From positions 95,838-159,837 of the IMG/VR virus record IMGVR_UViG_2706796753_000001: a stretch of 64,000 nt of DNA; one strand, written 5' to 3'. This DNA comes from a virus (lineage: Duplodnaviria > Caudoviricetes). Positions 9,354 to 20,171 of this stretch are shown here, piece after piece (positions within the stretch are counted from its first letter, which is position 1; every line of letters starts with the position of its first letter). Both the position numbers and the translations under genes were made by a program. The notes beneath the pieces were generated by a model that worked only from the letters and a program-made list of their open reading frames with translations, was not told where the DNA came from and did not search any database.

Positions 9354-12326
9354 ATGAATGGTATTGCAGACTTAAGCAAACTAGAAGGATATAGCGAACT
9401 TCATGACACTGTGACTGTAGCTACATTACGGGACTTCGCAGAGCCTGTTAGGTTGGAGGTAGCATTGTTCGACGTTATCGATGGCGCAGCGCATGTAGAG
9501 TTGTTTAGTAAAGATGAAGATGATGGGGATGTGGTATCGGTAGTTCTAACTGAGGAGAAAGTAGACGAACTAATCGAAGCACTCCAAAAAGCTAAGAAGC
9601 TTAAGGAGGAGCTATAGAATGTTTATTGAAAGTATAGGGACTAGATTACTTCAAGATGTAGATAATACTAAAGAAATGATGAGTATGGCATGCTACATCG
9701 CACACGGTAAGGACGTTAGAGTAGACTTTACAACGTTCAAAGAAACAGGGGAAACAATAACTATATCGGCTGATGAGGATACAGTAGAGTTAGCTATCAA
9801 GAATCTACAAATGTTATTAGCAAAAGCCCGCAAAAAAGTAGAGTTAAGAGAGGATGGAGACCATTGGCAGGAAATCGACAAAGTTTAACTATATACTTTA
9901 ATACAGAAGATGAAGGTACAGAGTTCGAGTATACGAATTGGTTTATCGAGGACGAGCTAGGACATCAAATCGATAGCGGCAGCGGAAAGAAGTATTTCTA
10001 TGTCGGAGAAGTTTATACATATGATGAAGTGGAGTATATAGTACAGAACGTATATGATGTAGGAGGTTACACGGCAGTTGATGTCTCCACTCTAAAATTC
10101 GCAGATAACAAAGGCGGGTTGCTAGATGGGCTTAGATAGCTGGAAAACCAAATTAATAGAAGAGAACTTATTAACAGACGAACAAATGGGCTTTGAGCTT
10201 GGCAAACAAGAATGATTATGGAAATGGAGTGTAATGAAGAAATGGGACTTAAAAACTATACAGGTGGTACATATTTTTGTAAGTCGGGTTTAGGGGATTC
10301 ACTACGAATTGACCACGAGATTGACGAGAGTAGCTTAATGGACAGTACTGTTGCTCTAACTATTCGTGATAACGGAGCGGCTGAGGCGTTCGATGTTATC
10401 TTAGACGTAGAGGATGTAGTAAAGGTTCGAGATGAAATGAACGAATTTTTAGAAAAGGTGGTAAAATAATATATGTTAGAGTCGAAACATAAATGGGCGT
10501 TTATTGGGGAAAGTGACAGTGAATTTACAAAAGGGCATACATATCGTACAGTAGACCGACATCATACAAAATGGGCTAATATGTCAGAAGAAGAGTTCAG
10601 AAAGGAAATGAATGACGCATACCCTAATTACGATGCGTTAGAGGATGGTTACTTAATTTTTATTGGTGATTCTGGAGATGAAGTTTTAGTAGACCGCAGC
10701 TACTGGTTAGTAAACTTCTATAAACTTTAATAGAAAGGGGTTGACGCCCCTTCTACTTTTGTGGTAGACTTTACTTAAAGTAAAATAAAATAAGAGGAGG
10801 AGTTATAATGTTACATGTTGTGAGGTTCTATAGTGATTTAGATGAGTGCTACCGTTTTAGGGTGTTCAGTTCAGATGATATGGTTGAGATTACAGGTAAA
10901 GGGTTCGCTGATTTTCATAAAGATGTTGTGTACAAATTTTACGGTAAGAGTTACATACTAGAAAAAGAAGTGAACTGGTACTCTCATCATGAGTTTATTT
11001 TCACAGAAGTGTGTTCAACACCAACTAGCTTACTAGGGGATTGGGTAGTTACTGCAAATAAAGAGGAGGCGCTAGTATGACAGGAACAGAAGCTTTAAGA
11101 GATAACATTACTTTTTATCTAAATGCAGAGCGACAGGCTACACAGCAGCTTGTACGATATATGAACATGCTAGATGATAAATACGATATTGAAATGCCTT
11201 TAAAAAATATATCATTTATAGACGATGGTAACGAAACACCAGTACCAGTCGAAGTTGCGTATATAGACTACGACAATTACCTAATGGAGGTATCGTATAC
11301 TCACCCGTATTCTGGTATTAAAACTATGACATGGGTAACGCTTGAGACTATTGCTAAATTCGCAACACTTACGGAGGTGCAAAAGTAATGGAAGCTGGGG
11401 TTAAGTATGAAGTGAATGGTTTTGAATATATGTGGAGCTTAATTTGTTATATGTACTCTCCTGTAGGAGAAGAAAAATGGGCAGTTATACCAACAGATTC
11501 ATATCATATGGAAATTATCAAAGACTTGGAGGGAATGAACATTGAGAATTGATATTAGTAAAGTTGCGAATAAACAAAAAACGTACGAAATAGGAGATAT
11601 TATCTGTATCGATAATGACGTATACACCATTGTACATATACCTTTATCGGATTTAGGCTCTAAAAAATACATGTTACTTGGAGCTGACAGCTACACTTTA
11701 GCCAATGGTCAATGGGAAGATATCGATGAGATGATGAGTAGCTTAGATAAGAGACTTAACACTCCTTGGCAACACTTCCCTAAGGACGAATATAAACTTG
11801 TTTTACAAAAAGTAGTTGACAGACTATAACAAATATAGTAGAATTATAGGGAAGAGGAATCTTCTCTATTTCTATTAAGGAGGGAAAACATGAATTTACG
11901 AGAGTTTGAAGAATTTATTGCGAATATACGTGCAGCAGGTGCTACAGATGAGACGAGAATCATTTCGTACTCGTCAACTCCCTACGAGGAGATTGCAGAC
12001 GTTGTGATGTTTGATAGAGACGATGATAGTATCATCATCCAAGATACGTATCCTACAGCAGAAGAGTTTAATATACGTGAAGTATTTATTTCGGGGGAGG
12101 CTTACCTATGAGACTGGATGACTTAGAAGTTTTATTAAAAGAAGCTAGGAAGCGCGGAGCTACAGATAGTTCAGAAGTACATTTAGGTACAGACCATCCT
12201 TGGAATTTAACTGTCGAAACTGTATTTATCGATGGAGATAATGATGTCGTATTAGGTGACGCTGATGCTTTTTGGAATTTTCTTACGTATGACTTAGAAG
12301 AGGTAACAGAGCCAGAGGTAGAATAG
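9354..12326 (+). other. Cluster of small acidic hypothetical genes
   Basis: ORFs 9354, 9619, 9864, 10212, 10473, 10808, 11077, 11388, 11542, 11890 and 12108, most with RBSs; internal promoters at 10741 and 11816. Confidence 0.7.
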
Positions 12327-12336
12327 GAGGTAGCAG

Positions 12337-12864
12337 ATGGATATTAAGGTAGACAACTTGGATTTTGATACGTTACGACTTATCGATGAGAACGGTCAGT
12401 ATCAGCAGTATAACTTAAAACAAGAATTAAAGATTAATGAGAGCATTCTCCAGCAGGAAATGTTAGAGCAGCCATCGAAATACATATACTGGTCATCTCT
12501 ATTAGAGAAGCTACGTTACTATCAAGAGCTAGAGGAGTTAAAACTAGAGAAGATTGTAGCTGGACTAGATGGAGATGCAAGAGCATATATCAAAAAGAAT
12601 GATGGTAAACCAACGAAAGACCAAGTAGATGCATACATAAAGCAGCAAGACGAATATATCACACAAAGGCAACGATGCATTCATTATGACCATATCATAG
12701 GTCGTGTACAACGTATTGTAAAAGCCTTTGAGCAACGAAAAGACATGATTCAATCATACGGTAAACAAGTAGCTAATGACTGGTCATACGGTCACGGAGC
12801 GGGCTCTAAGAGTGAAATCGGCGATTACTCTCATAAAGTGCAGCCGCAAGTAGGAGGTTACTAA
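12337..12864 (+). CDS. Helical conserved protein, possibly a UvsY-like recombination mediator
   Basis: All-helical, with L.INE..L..E...QP..Y..W pattern; located upstream of ssb/recA. Confidence 0.5.
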   Translation: MDIKVDNLDFDTLRLIDENGQYQQYNLKQELKINESILQQEMLEQPSKYIYWSSLLEKLRYYQELEELKLEKIVAGLDGDARAYIKKNDGKPTKDQVDAYIKQQDEYITQRQRCIHYDHIIGRVQRIVKAFEQRKDMIQSYGKQVANDWSYGHGAGSKSEIGDYSHKVQPQVGGY

Positions 12865-13577
12865 GTGATTTCATATATAAAAGATTTGTATAATAGCCCC
12901 GCATATGCGGAATTGCGTGATTCTTTAGAAGTTTTAGAACCTGTACACTTTAAAGATAAATACTACTCTTTCTGGTTTATTGAAGGTCACATAGAAGGAG
13001 TATTCATGGCTATGAGTCCAGAAGGTAAATACATCTTTACGTTGGAAGGGGAGATTGAATTAGTATGAGCCAGAAGTTATTTAACTTTCTAGTTATTGTA
13101 GGAATCCTTGTTCTAGTAGGCGGTGTCATTACGGGTATAGTTGCTTTAGAGCGTTACCGTTATCACACGTTCTTAGAAGTAACACACTCTGATATCGGGT
13201 ACTTCCAATGGAAACTGACTTTTGATAGTGGTAAAAAATAAAGGAGGGTATATATGTTTGGTTTAGACTTAGAATGGCTATCTGAACGATTCATTAAAGG
13301 TAATGCAGCTAATACAGAAGTAGGAGACAAAGTGTACATAAAAGGTTTAGACGGATTTGATGAGGTTATGTTTCCTCACATTGTACATGCAGTTGTAGCG
13401 CGAGACATCTCTTCTGGAGGTCAAGACGCTATCTATACAATGGAGGACAACAAACAAGAGTATATTCCTCCATCGGAACGTGGTATGTGTAAGATAACCT
13501 CATGGTATAAGAAGAAGCCATTCAATAATACCGTTCCTATGGAATGAAAAAAGTTTTAAAATATTTTAAAAATTCCG

Positions 13578-13606
13578 TTGACTTTCTATTAGAATAATGG
13601 TATACT
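13578..13606 (+). promoter_or_regulatory. sigmaA-type promoter of the ssb-recA-sigma operon
   Basis: TTGACT-17bp-TATACT with TG extension. Confidence 0.8.
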
Positions 13607-13813
13607 AATAGAGTACTAAACAAGAGGAGGAGAGAACGATGACTAAAGGAAACCATGCAATGCCTAACAAAGGCGGGAAAGGAATGAAACGTAATCAACT
13701 CACAGACAGCAAGTTAACTGGACAAGCCGCTAATGCGACGATACAAGGAGCTAATAGCTCGTTAATATTACTACATAATAAAAACAAACAAAAATTAGGA
13801 GGCAATATAATAT

Positions 13814-15115
13814 ATGAATTTTGCTGAAATTATCGAACAACAACGTAAGGAATTAGAATCACAAGGAGGTAGTGATAATCCTAGAGTTGTTTATCCAACG
13901 TCTAAGCACAAACGCCTATTCTTCAACAAAGATGTAAAAGAAGTATTCGTTCAAATTTTACCATCCGCTGATTTAGTAAGTGGATTCGCAGTACATAACC
14001 GTAAAATCTTCTTATCTGCAACGACATCTAAAGGTAAGAAAATCAACTCTAACTTCACGTTAGATGGACATCCAAACGAAGGCTCTCTATTAGAGAACAA
14101 AATCGCTGAGTGGTCTGAAAAAGGAATGATTCCTACAGGTTTCGGGGGACAACAAAAACCAAAACAATACTACACAGCTAACGTTGTACAAGTATTCGAA
14201 GACCAACAAGGTAACTTCTTCCATGAACGAGACCCACAAGGTAACTTAATTGTACGATTATTCGATATCCCACACTCTGCTTACAAAACAATCATCAACG
14301 CATTTGGTGATAAACGTTTAGCACGACAACGTGAGTTATCATTCATCGACCCGAACCAAGGCTCTCCAGTATTAATTAAGAAGCCAGCTAAAGGTCAAAT
14401 GGAATACCCCGTAACAATCTATCAAGATTTCTTACCGCCATTAGGACAAGGTTGGGAAACTCAGTTAGAGGACTTACATGCACATTGCGTACCAACTGAA
14501 CGACTTGAGAATGGATACTTATGGGTTGAAACATTCGTAAATATCTTAGAAGGTAAAACGAGTAATGGGAATGCAGCTCCAGTAGCACCGCAAACTCAAG
14601 CCGCAGGAAATCCTTACGCAGCTCAAGGTCAGTTACAAGTACCGAACCAAGGCAATCCGTTCGTACAGCAACAACCGCAAACACAGCAACCTGTGTATAG
14701 CCAAAACTTACATAACGTTCCACCGTATCAACAACAGCAACAACAGCAGCCTGTAATTAACATGCCAACAGGTATGACGCAGCAACAACCGCAATACCAA
14801 CAGCCTGTAAATCAACAACAGGTAGCACCACTGACTACAGGAGCTTATGTAGCACCTATGACAACTGGACAAGTACCAGCACAACCTACATACCAAGCGC
14901 CACAACAGCCTGTGAACCAAGTTCCAGCACAACAGTCAGTACCCGTAAATCAAACGCCACAGTTTGAGCCAGACCCTCTTGATTTCAATATCGAGAATAA
15001 CTTAGAGGTTAACGGAGGAGTTATTGCAACTGAACCTGATTTAACAGCACTACCTATCAACAGCAACGGTTTAGCTGACATCAACTCTCTTATCGACCAA
15101 GAGTTAGGAATTTAA
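13814..15115 (+). CDS. Single-stranded DNA-binding protein (gp32-like) with Q/P-rich linker
   Basis: Globular N-terminal ~250 aa (V.ILP, YTANVV), long Q/P low-complexity region, acidic C-tail; directly upstream of the recombinase. Confidence 0.7.
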   Translation: MNFAEIIEQQRKELESQGGSDNPRVVYPTSKHKRLFFNKDVKEVFVQILPSADLVSGFAVHNRKIFLSATTSKGKKINSNFTLDGHPNEGSLLENKIAEWSEKGMIPTGFGGQQKPKQYYTANVVQVFEDQQGNFFHERDPQGNLIVRLFDIPHSAYKTIINAFGDKRLARQRELSFIDPNQGSPVLIKKPAKGQMEYPVTIYQDFLPPLGQGWETQLEDLHAHCVPTERLENGYLWVETFVNILEGKTSNGNAAPVAPQTQAAGNPYAAQGQLQVPNQGNPFVQQQPQTQQPVYSQNLHNVPPYQQQQQQQPVINMPTGMTQQQPQYQQPVNQQQVAPLTTGAYVAPMTTGQVPAQPTYQAPQQPVNQVPAQQSVPVNQTPQFEPDPLDFNIENNLEVNGGVIATEPDLTALPINSNGLADINSLIDQELGI

Positions 15116-15184
15116 TAGAGACTGGTAATCCAGTCTCTCCCCTTAAGGGGTTCGATATGAAAACATTAGGAGGAATACATACAT

Positions 15185-16384
15185 ATGGTAAAAGCAGTTA
15201 AAACAAACGATGTGGATTTTGATTTATCGGTATTGACAGATATTGATTCTGGGTTAGTCTTATTACAAGACTCTGACTATGCAGAAATCAAAGATAGACT
15301 GCCAATGTTTATCCCACGATTAGATAGAATCTTAGGTGGAGGATTACCGTTCGGTCGTATGATTGAGGTAGCAGGTGTACCGTCAGGTGGTAAATCCACA
15401 TTATCTCACCATATCATGCGCGTAGCAACTCACTTAGGATGTATCTGTGTTCTGATTGACGTAGAGGGTACGAGTGATAAGTACCGACTAGCACAGTTAG
15501 GAATCGATACGAGAAAAGTAATCGTTAAGCAGCCTGATATCACAAAAGGTACAGCATTAACAGTAGAAGAAGTAGGCGAGACAATTGAGAAAACGTTAGA
15601 GCTATTCAAAGCTAAGTTCCCTGATAAACCTGTTGTTTATGTATGGGACTCTGTTGGACAAACCCCTTCTATGGTAGAGTTAGCAAAAGACTTCGGTGAA
15701 CAGAACGTAGGAGCTCGTGCAAAAGCTATTACACAGTTCGTTACAAAGGTCGCACCATTAATCTCACAAACTAAATCTCTATTCGTAGGGATTAACCAAG
15801 TACGTGACGATATCGGTGGTAATCCAATGTTCGCTCAAGTAAAAGTTCCAGGAGGTAAAGCTTGGGAGCATGCTGCATCTATTCGTCTATTAATCAAGAA
15901 AAGCTCTGCAATCACAAAGACTATCAAAGGTCAAAAAGAGCATTTAGGTCATCACATGAAAGTGAAAACGAATAAGAATAAGACTTGCCGACCAATGCAA
16001 GAGGTTACAACTTACTTATTAGCGGACACTGGTGTAGACTACGAGTACAACTTAATCAATATGGCTATTGATGAGAAGATTGCAAGTAAGTCAGGTCAAA
16101 GCTACGTGTACAAAGACCTAGCTGGTATCGAGCACAAAATGCTAGAGCAACGATTCCTTGACTGGATGCGAGACGATGAGGAAGGTAATAGAGTTCGTCA
16201 AGAGCTGTTAAACCGCCTAATCGAGATTGAATACGAGGGAGCTATCTACCCAGCATTACGAAATGAAACACTACCGCTAGATGGATGGCTTGACCAAGTA
16301 TTTGACCCTGCCGACACAGCAGTAGACGATACAGCGATTGTAGATATCCAGAAAGCGGAATCGTTAGACGATTTACTAGATTAG
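15185..16384 (+). CDS. recA: RecA/UvsX-like recombinase
   Basis: GGGLPFGRMIEVAG, Walker A GVPSGGKS, IDVE, WDSV, INQVR, PGGKA..HAASIRL. Confidence 0.92.
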   Translation: MVKAVKTNDVDFDLSVLTDIDSGLVLLQDSDYAEIKDRLPMFIPRLDRILGGGLPFGRMIEVAGVPSGGKSTLSHHIMRVATHLGCICVLIDVEGTSDKYRLAQLGIDTRKVIVKQPDITKGTALTVEEVGETIEKTLELFKAKFPDKPVVYVWDSVGQTPSMVELAKDFGEQNVGARAKAITQFVTKVAPLISQTKSLFVGINQVRDDIGGNPMFAQVKVPGGKAWEHAASIRLLIKKSSAITKTIKGQKEHLGHHMKVKTNKNKTCRPMQEVTTYLLADTGVDYEYNLINMAIDEKIASKSGQSYVYKDLAGIEHKMLEQRFLDWMRDDEEGNRVRQELLNRLIEIEYEGAIYPALRNETLPLDGWLDQVFDPADTAVDDTAIVDIQKAESLDDLLD

Positions 16385-16427
16385 GAGGGAGAGGTTAATT
16401 CCTCTTCCTTTATTACATATAGGGGGA

Positions 16428-16787
16428 TTGTTGATGCAGCAAAAGCAGACAAGAGCGGATGTCATCAGTGAAGCGTTAGACTGTTACAGAGTACGTACAG
16501 TAGTGGAGGAGGATACAGCACCGTTATCTTACAATGTAGTGAAAGAGCGTATCGATAAGATTGTTAAGGATGGTAAGCCTATCATTCTAGAAATTAAAGA
16601 TGCGTACAGTGTTCAAACGTCTATGGTTATCTTAGAAGAATCCTACGACCGATGGGCTAAGGGGTACTCTACTTGTTACTACGACGGTGAAGAGGTGAAA
16701 GTACCTTATACAATCCATTACTCTGACATCCTTTGTAAAAGGGTAGGCGTGAAGACGATAGTGAAGGGTATGAATCCGATTGGCTAG
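16428..16787 (+). CDS. Conserved hypothetical protein between recA and sigma
   Basis: ORF with RBS; C-terminal VPYTIHYSDI. Confidence 0.7.
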   Translation: MLMQQKQTRADVISEALDCYRVRTVVEEDTAPLSYNVVKERIDKIVKDGKPIILEIKDAYSVQTSMVILEESYDRWAKGYSTCYYDGEEVKVPYTIHYSDILCKRVGVKTIVKGMNPIG

Positions 16788-17424
16788 AAAATTAGAACAA
16801 GAAGAACAACGTATATTGAATGGGAATAGGTTTTTAAAGAACGTAGAAGCCACTACAGGCGTCTTATCGCGTGATACAGACCAATTGTTCCACCAATACA
16901 AAAACCTTCGTGTAGCCGTGTATAACGAGTTTAAAGGGTATATATCCGATGAAGCTACTCGAAAGGAATTATGGAGTTACATATCAGAGCATTTCGTACG
17001 ATTGGTAAAAGAATATCATATCAATGGTGAGGTTGATTTCCCTTACTATATTAAAAACAAACTTAAGCTACGAGTAAAGAACAGCTTTATCAAAAACAAC
17101 TACCGAGATAAAAACCGTGTATTTGTTACAAGAAAAGATGTAGATGTAGCGAACTTAATCGAGGAAGAAGAAGCACACGATATCGAGCTAGACTACTATG
17201 AAGTCCTTGAGTACGTACTATACGGCGTACATCTAGACGAGATAGATAGAGATATCCTGTACTTACTTATTAGTGAGCAAAAAGATAACTACATAGAGAA
17301 GATTCTGTACAGTAGATATGCAAAAGAAGGTGTAGCAGCTCTCACAATCCAAGAGAAGATTGCGGATTTAAAAGAGTTACTACGGACGAGATTGCATGAG
17401 TCTTTGGAAAGGAGAAATCGATGA
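16780..17424 (+). CDS. Phage RNA polymerase sigma factor (probable late sigma)
   Basis: Region 2-like LFHQYKNL..ELWSYI..F..LVKEY...DFPYYIK; region 4-like helical end; synteny recA-orf-sigma-holin. Confidence 0.7.
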   Translation: MARKLEQEEQRILNGNRFLKNVEATTGVLSRDTDQLFHQYKNLRVAVYNEFKGYISDEATRKELWSYISEHFVRLVKEYHINGEVDFPYYIKNKLKLRVKNSFIKNNYRDKNRVFVTRKDVDVANLIEEEEAHDIELDYYEVLEYVLYGVHLDEIDRDILYLLISEQKDNYIEKILYSRYAKEGVAALTIQEKIADLKELLRTRLHESLERRNR

Positions 17425-17727
17425 AGGTATTAGTAGAGATGGGTATCGAATTTGATAATCTCCCTGATGATTTTTATTTAAATAAATCAACTAAAGAGGA
17501 GCTGGTAGAGGATTGGCTACTAGATGTAGCGGATGCGTACACCAATACCAGCGTCTCAGTAAATAGAGTGGAGGTTATTGATGAACGCTAAAGTAGTTTT
17601 GGATGTGTGGTTTGATGTAGAGAGTATGAATGAGAATGATGTGAAAAGCATCATAGAGGATGCGATAGATTCGTATCATGGCTGCGCTCATATATACTCT
17701 GTGGAGTTAACACCAGACGAAGATTAA
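17421..17727 (+). other. Two small acidic ORFs (17421-17591, 17581-17727) below the track cutoff
   Basis: ATG starts with AGGAG/GGAGG RBSs and open frames. Confidence 0.55.
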
Positions 17728-17744
17728 GAAATACCTCTACGAAC

Positions 17745-17763
17745 TGCTATATTATATACAGAA
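17745..17763 (+). promoter_or_regulatory. Putative late promoter
   Basis: TGCTATATTATATACAGAA, shared with 28094-28112 (TACTATATTATACATAGAA); resembles the TGTTATATTA late motif described for Twort-like phages; no good -35. Confidence 0.5.
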
Positions 17764-17783
17764 AACTATGAGAGGTGAATAAT

Positions 17784-18086
17784 ATGGATAATCAAAACCA
17801 TAAAGAACAAACGGTATTCGTACCAGAGGAAGCACCTGCAATTACCGCAGGTACATTAGTGCGCTTTGTTGTGTTCCTAGTAGCGATTGTGAATGCTATC
17901 TCAGCTATGTTAGGTCATGCATTGAATTGGGATGTAGACCAAAACATGTTGTATGAAGTATTCTCAGCAGTATTGTTACTTGTATCAGCAGGTCACATGG
18001 CTTGGAAGAACAACAACGTCACGAAGCAAGCCCGTATTAAGGCTCATGTAGCAGAGCAAATTACAAACGATAAGGAGACTAAATAA
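17784..18086 (+). CDS. Holin, SPP1 family
   Basis: ITAGTLVR..L.AIVN....LG, two TM helices, WKNNNVTK.A signature. Confidence 0.85.
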   Translation: MDNQNHKEQTVFVPEEAPAITAGTLVRFVVFLVAIVNAISAMLGHALNWDVDQNMLYEVFSAVLLLVSAGHMAWKNNNVTKQARIKAHVAEQITNDKETK

Positions 18087-18568
18087 TGGCTAAATTATTA
18101 TCAGAAGTTTTGAAACAAGCAACGATTACACTAAATGCAGGTGACTACTTAGCGACTTATGTCCGCTCAGAAGGGTACTTACCATCACGTGAAGATACCG
18201 TAAATCTAGCACAAGGTAAAGTATTATTCAAAGTTATTGCTGCTGATGGCGGTAAACACGTCGTTCCTGTAGAAGTAGGTGCAGGGGGTAAAGGATTAGT
18301 AGAAGTGAAAGACCGTCCTATCATCCGTGCTAAAGGTACGGAGATTGTGTACACAGTCGGACGTAATCACCCTACATACCGCGATGGTTACCAAGGTCGA
18401 GGTTTTGATACTGTTACAGGTATTAAAGCAGAGGCGTTAGACCGAGAAATCTTAATCGCATTCTTACAATTCGCAAATACAGAGTACTCTCTAGGAGTAA
18501 ACGACTTCCGCTTAGGTGGAGAAGAGTTACTAGACTTAGGTACTCCAACACCTCCAGTAGGAGGCTAA
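18086..18568 (+). CDS. Hypothetical protein, possibly virion-associated
   Basis: Coupled to the holin (TAATG), beta-rich, followed by a terminator. Confidence 0.6.
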   Translation: MAKLLSEVLKQATITLNAGDYLATYVRSEGYLPSREDTVNLAQGKVLFKVIAADGGKHVVPVEVGAGGKGLVEVKDRPIIRAKGTEIVYTVGRNHPTYRDGYQGRGFDTVTGIKAEALDREILIAFLQFANTEYSLGVNDFRLGGEELLDLGTPTPPVGG

Positions 18569-18580
18569 TAAACTACTAAG

Positions 18581-18651
18581 ATAGAAGGTCTAAAAGCCTT
18601 CTATTTTTTTATGTAAAATTGGTTGACTTTACTAGTTTTATATGTTATTAT
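18581..18651 (+). terminator. Terminator followed by a sigmaA promoter
   Basis: ATAGAAGG..CCTTCTAT-T run; TTGACT(18623)-17bp-TATTAT. Confidence 0.7.
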
Positions 18652-18682
18652 TTTTATATACTTAATAAAAGGAGGAGAATGC

Positions 18683-19162
18683 ATGGGAAACTACACAGGT
18701 CTTCGTATGAAAGTCTATGTAAAACCAGAGTACAGAGACCTAATTAAGAAGGTTCATGAATATGATATGGAAGACTGGGGTGACTTCGTTCCAGAGTATC
18801 CGTTCTTAGCAGCGTTTGCTCACAAGGATAGGAACACATTTATACCGCATGGTTCGATATGCTATATGCCTGAGTCTTGGGCTTCGTGGGACGATGACAC
18901 ACATGTGAAAACAATACATAACGGATTTGAACATAGTTTTAATGAGAATACAGGTTACTGGACATTTGCATGCAGCTTAAAGAATTATGAAGGTGAACTT
19001 GGCATCTTCTTAGAGAGCGTAGCATCGCAAATTATACAACCTTTAATGCCACAGTACATAGAAGTTCTTTACGAAGAGTGGACAAGCGGTAAATTATATG
19101 AGGTTGACACGAATGGGGAAATTGGTATTGTAGGTTACAAAGACTATGAGGAGGATTTTTGA
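18683..19162 (+). CDS. Hypothetical protein
   Basis: ATG 18683 follows AAAGGAGG. Confidence 0.7.
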   Translation: MGNYTGLRMKVYVKPEYRDLIKKVHEYDMEDWGDFVPEYPFLAAFAHKDRNTFIPHGSICYMPESWASWDDDTHVKTIHNGFEHSFNENTGYWTFACSLKNYEGELGIFLESVASQIIQPLMPQYIEVLYEEWTSGKLYEVDTNGEIGIVGYKDYEEDF

Positions 19163-20142
19163 TGGAAAAAGAGATAGTAAAAGTATTTACTACAGGTTCT
19201 TTTGAGAACGTTGTAGGCGTTGCTATGTTAGAAGAGATTCTATGTACACCTAAAGATGATGGTGCAGAACCTTTTCTAGGAATTACTGGTTTCGATGTAG
19301 AAGTTGAGTACGTTAAGTATTTAGATTTCCGTAATGTCGAACAGTTCAAAGGCTACAAGAACATTATCATCATGGGCTGCGCTTATATGGGTGGTAATCT
19401 ACCAGCAGAACTAGCTATTGAGCTGGACAACCCTTTTACAAATGTACTACATGTTGCGACATTTGGTGAACCACTACCTTATGAGCATGTTGTATCGTTA
19501 GTAGAAGAAGATAAAGCATCAGCAGCTACAGTCCTTCAAGTATTACAGACAGCGAATGTATTAACATCTATCGCGAATAACGGTAACTACTCTAAGAAGG
19601 CGGAAGCGTTAGCAGAGGCTGCAAATGACTACCATAACTGGACATGGTACGATAATAAAATTACGAAGATTTTGAAATCTTTACATAACGCTCATGGGAA
19701 ATACTTACCACATCTATTAAAAGGTAAAACTGTAAATTCTGTAGTGAAAGAGCAGCAGCATGCAATTGCAGGACAGCTCATGATGATGGAAGAATACATA
19801 GAAGATAAATTGAAACAAGCCATTACATTCCGTGGTCGTATTGGCGGAGTAGAGTGTATGGTTCGTACTACATACGCAGAGCAGCACGTAAACGAAGTAG
19901 CAAATAGATTACTAGAAATGAATTCATACGGAATCCCTGTAGTCGCTTGTGTGGGTAGAACAACAAACGGAAATGACATGTTCTCTATTCGTACTAAAGG
20001 TGTACGTGCTGATGACTTTATTCAGAGTATCACAGGAGAGCGCACAGGTAAAGAGAAAGTTGGTAACCTATTTGTTCCAATTAAATATAACGATTTGATG
20101 AGTAAGAGTATGATGGAGGCTTTAAATCACGCAAATGGCTAA
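19159..20142 (+). CDS. DHH/DHHA1-fold-like protein, catalytic motifs degenerate
   Basis: Overall layout, DYHNWTW and MFSIRT resemble NrnB-like DHH proteins, but DxDG and DHH are absent. Confidence 0.45.
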   Translation: MMEKEIVKVFTTGSFENVVGVAMLEEILCTPKDDGAEPFLGITGFDVEVEYVKYLDFRNVEQFKGYKNIIIMGCAYMGGNLPAELAIELDNPFTNVLHVATFGEPLPYEHVVSLVEEDKASAATVLQVLQTANVLTSIANNGNYSKKAEALAEAANDYHNWTWYDNKITKILKSLHNAHGKYLPHLLKGKTVNSVVKEQQHAIAGQLMMMEEYIEDKLKQAITFRGRIGGVECMVRTTYAEQHVNEVANRLLEMNSYGIPVVACVGRTTNGNDMFSIRTKGVRADDFIQSITGERTGKEKVGNLFVPIKYNDLMSKSMMEALNHANG

Positions 20143-20171
20143 AACACTACTAGAGAGAGGAAGACGTTAAT

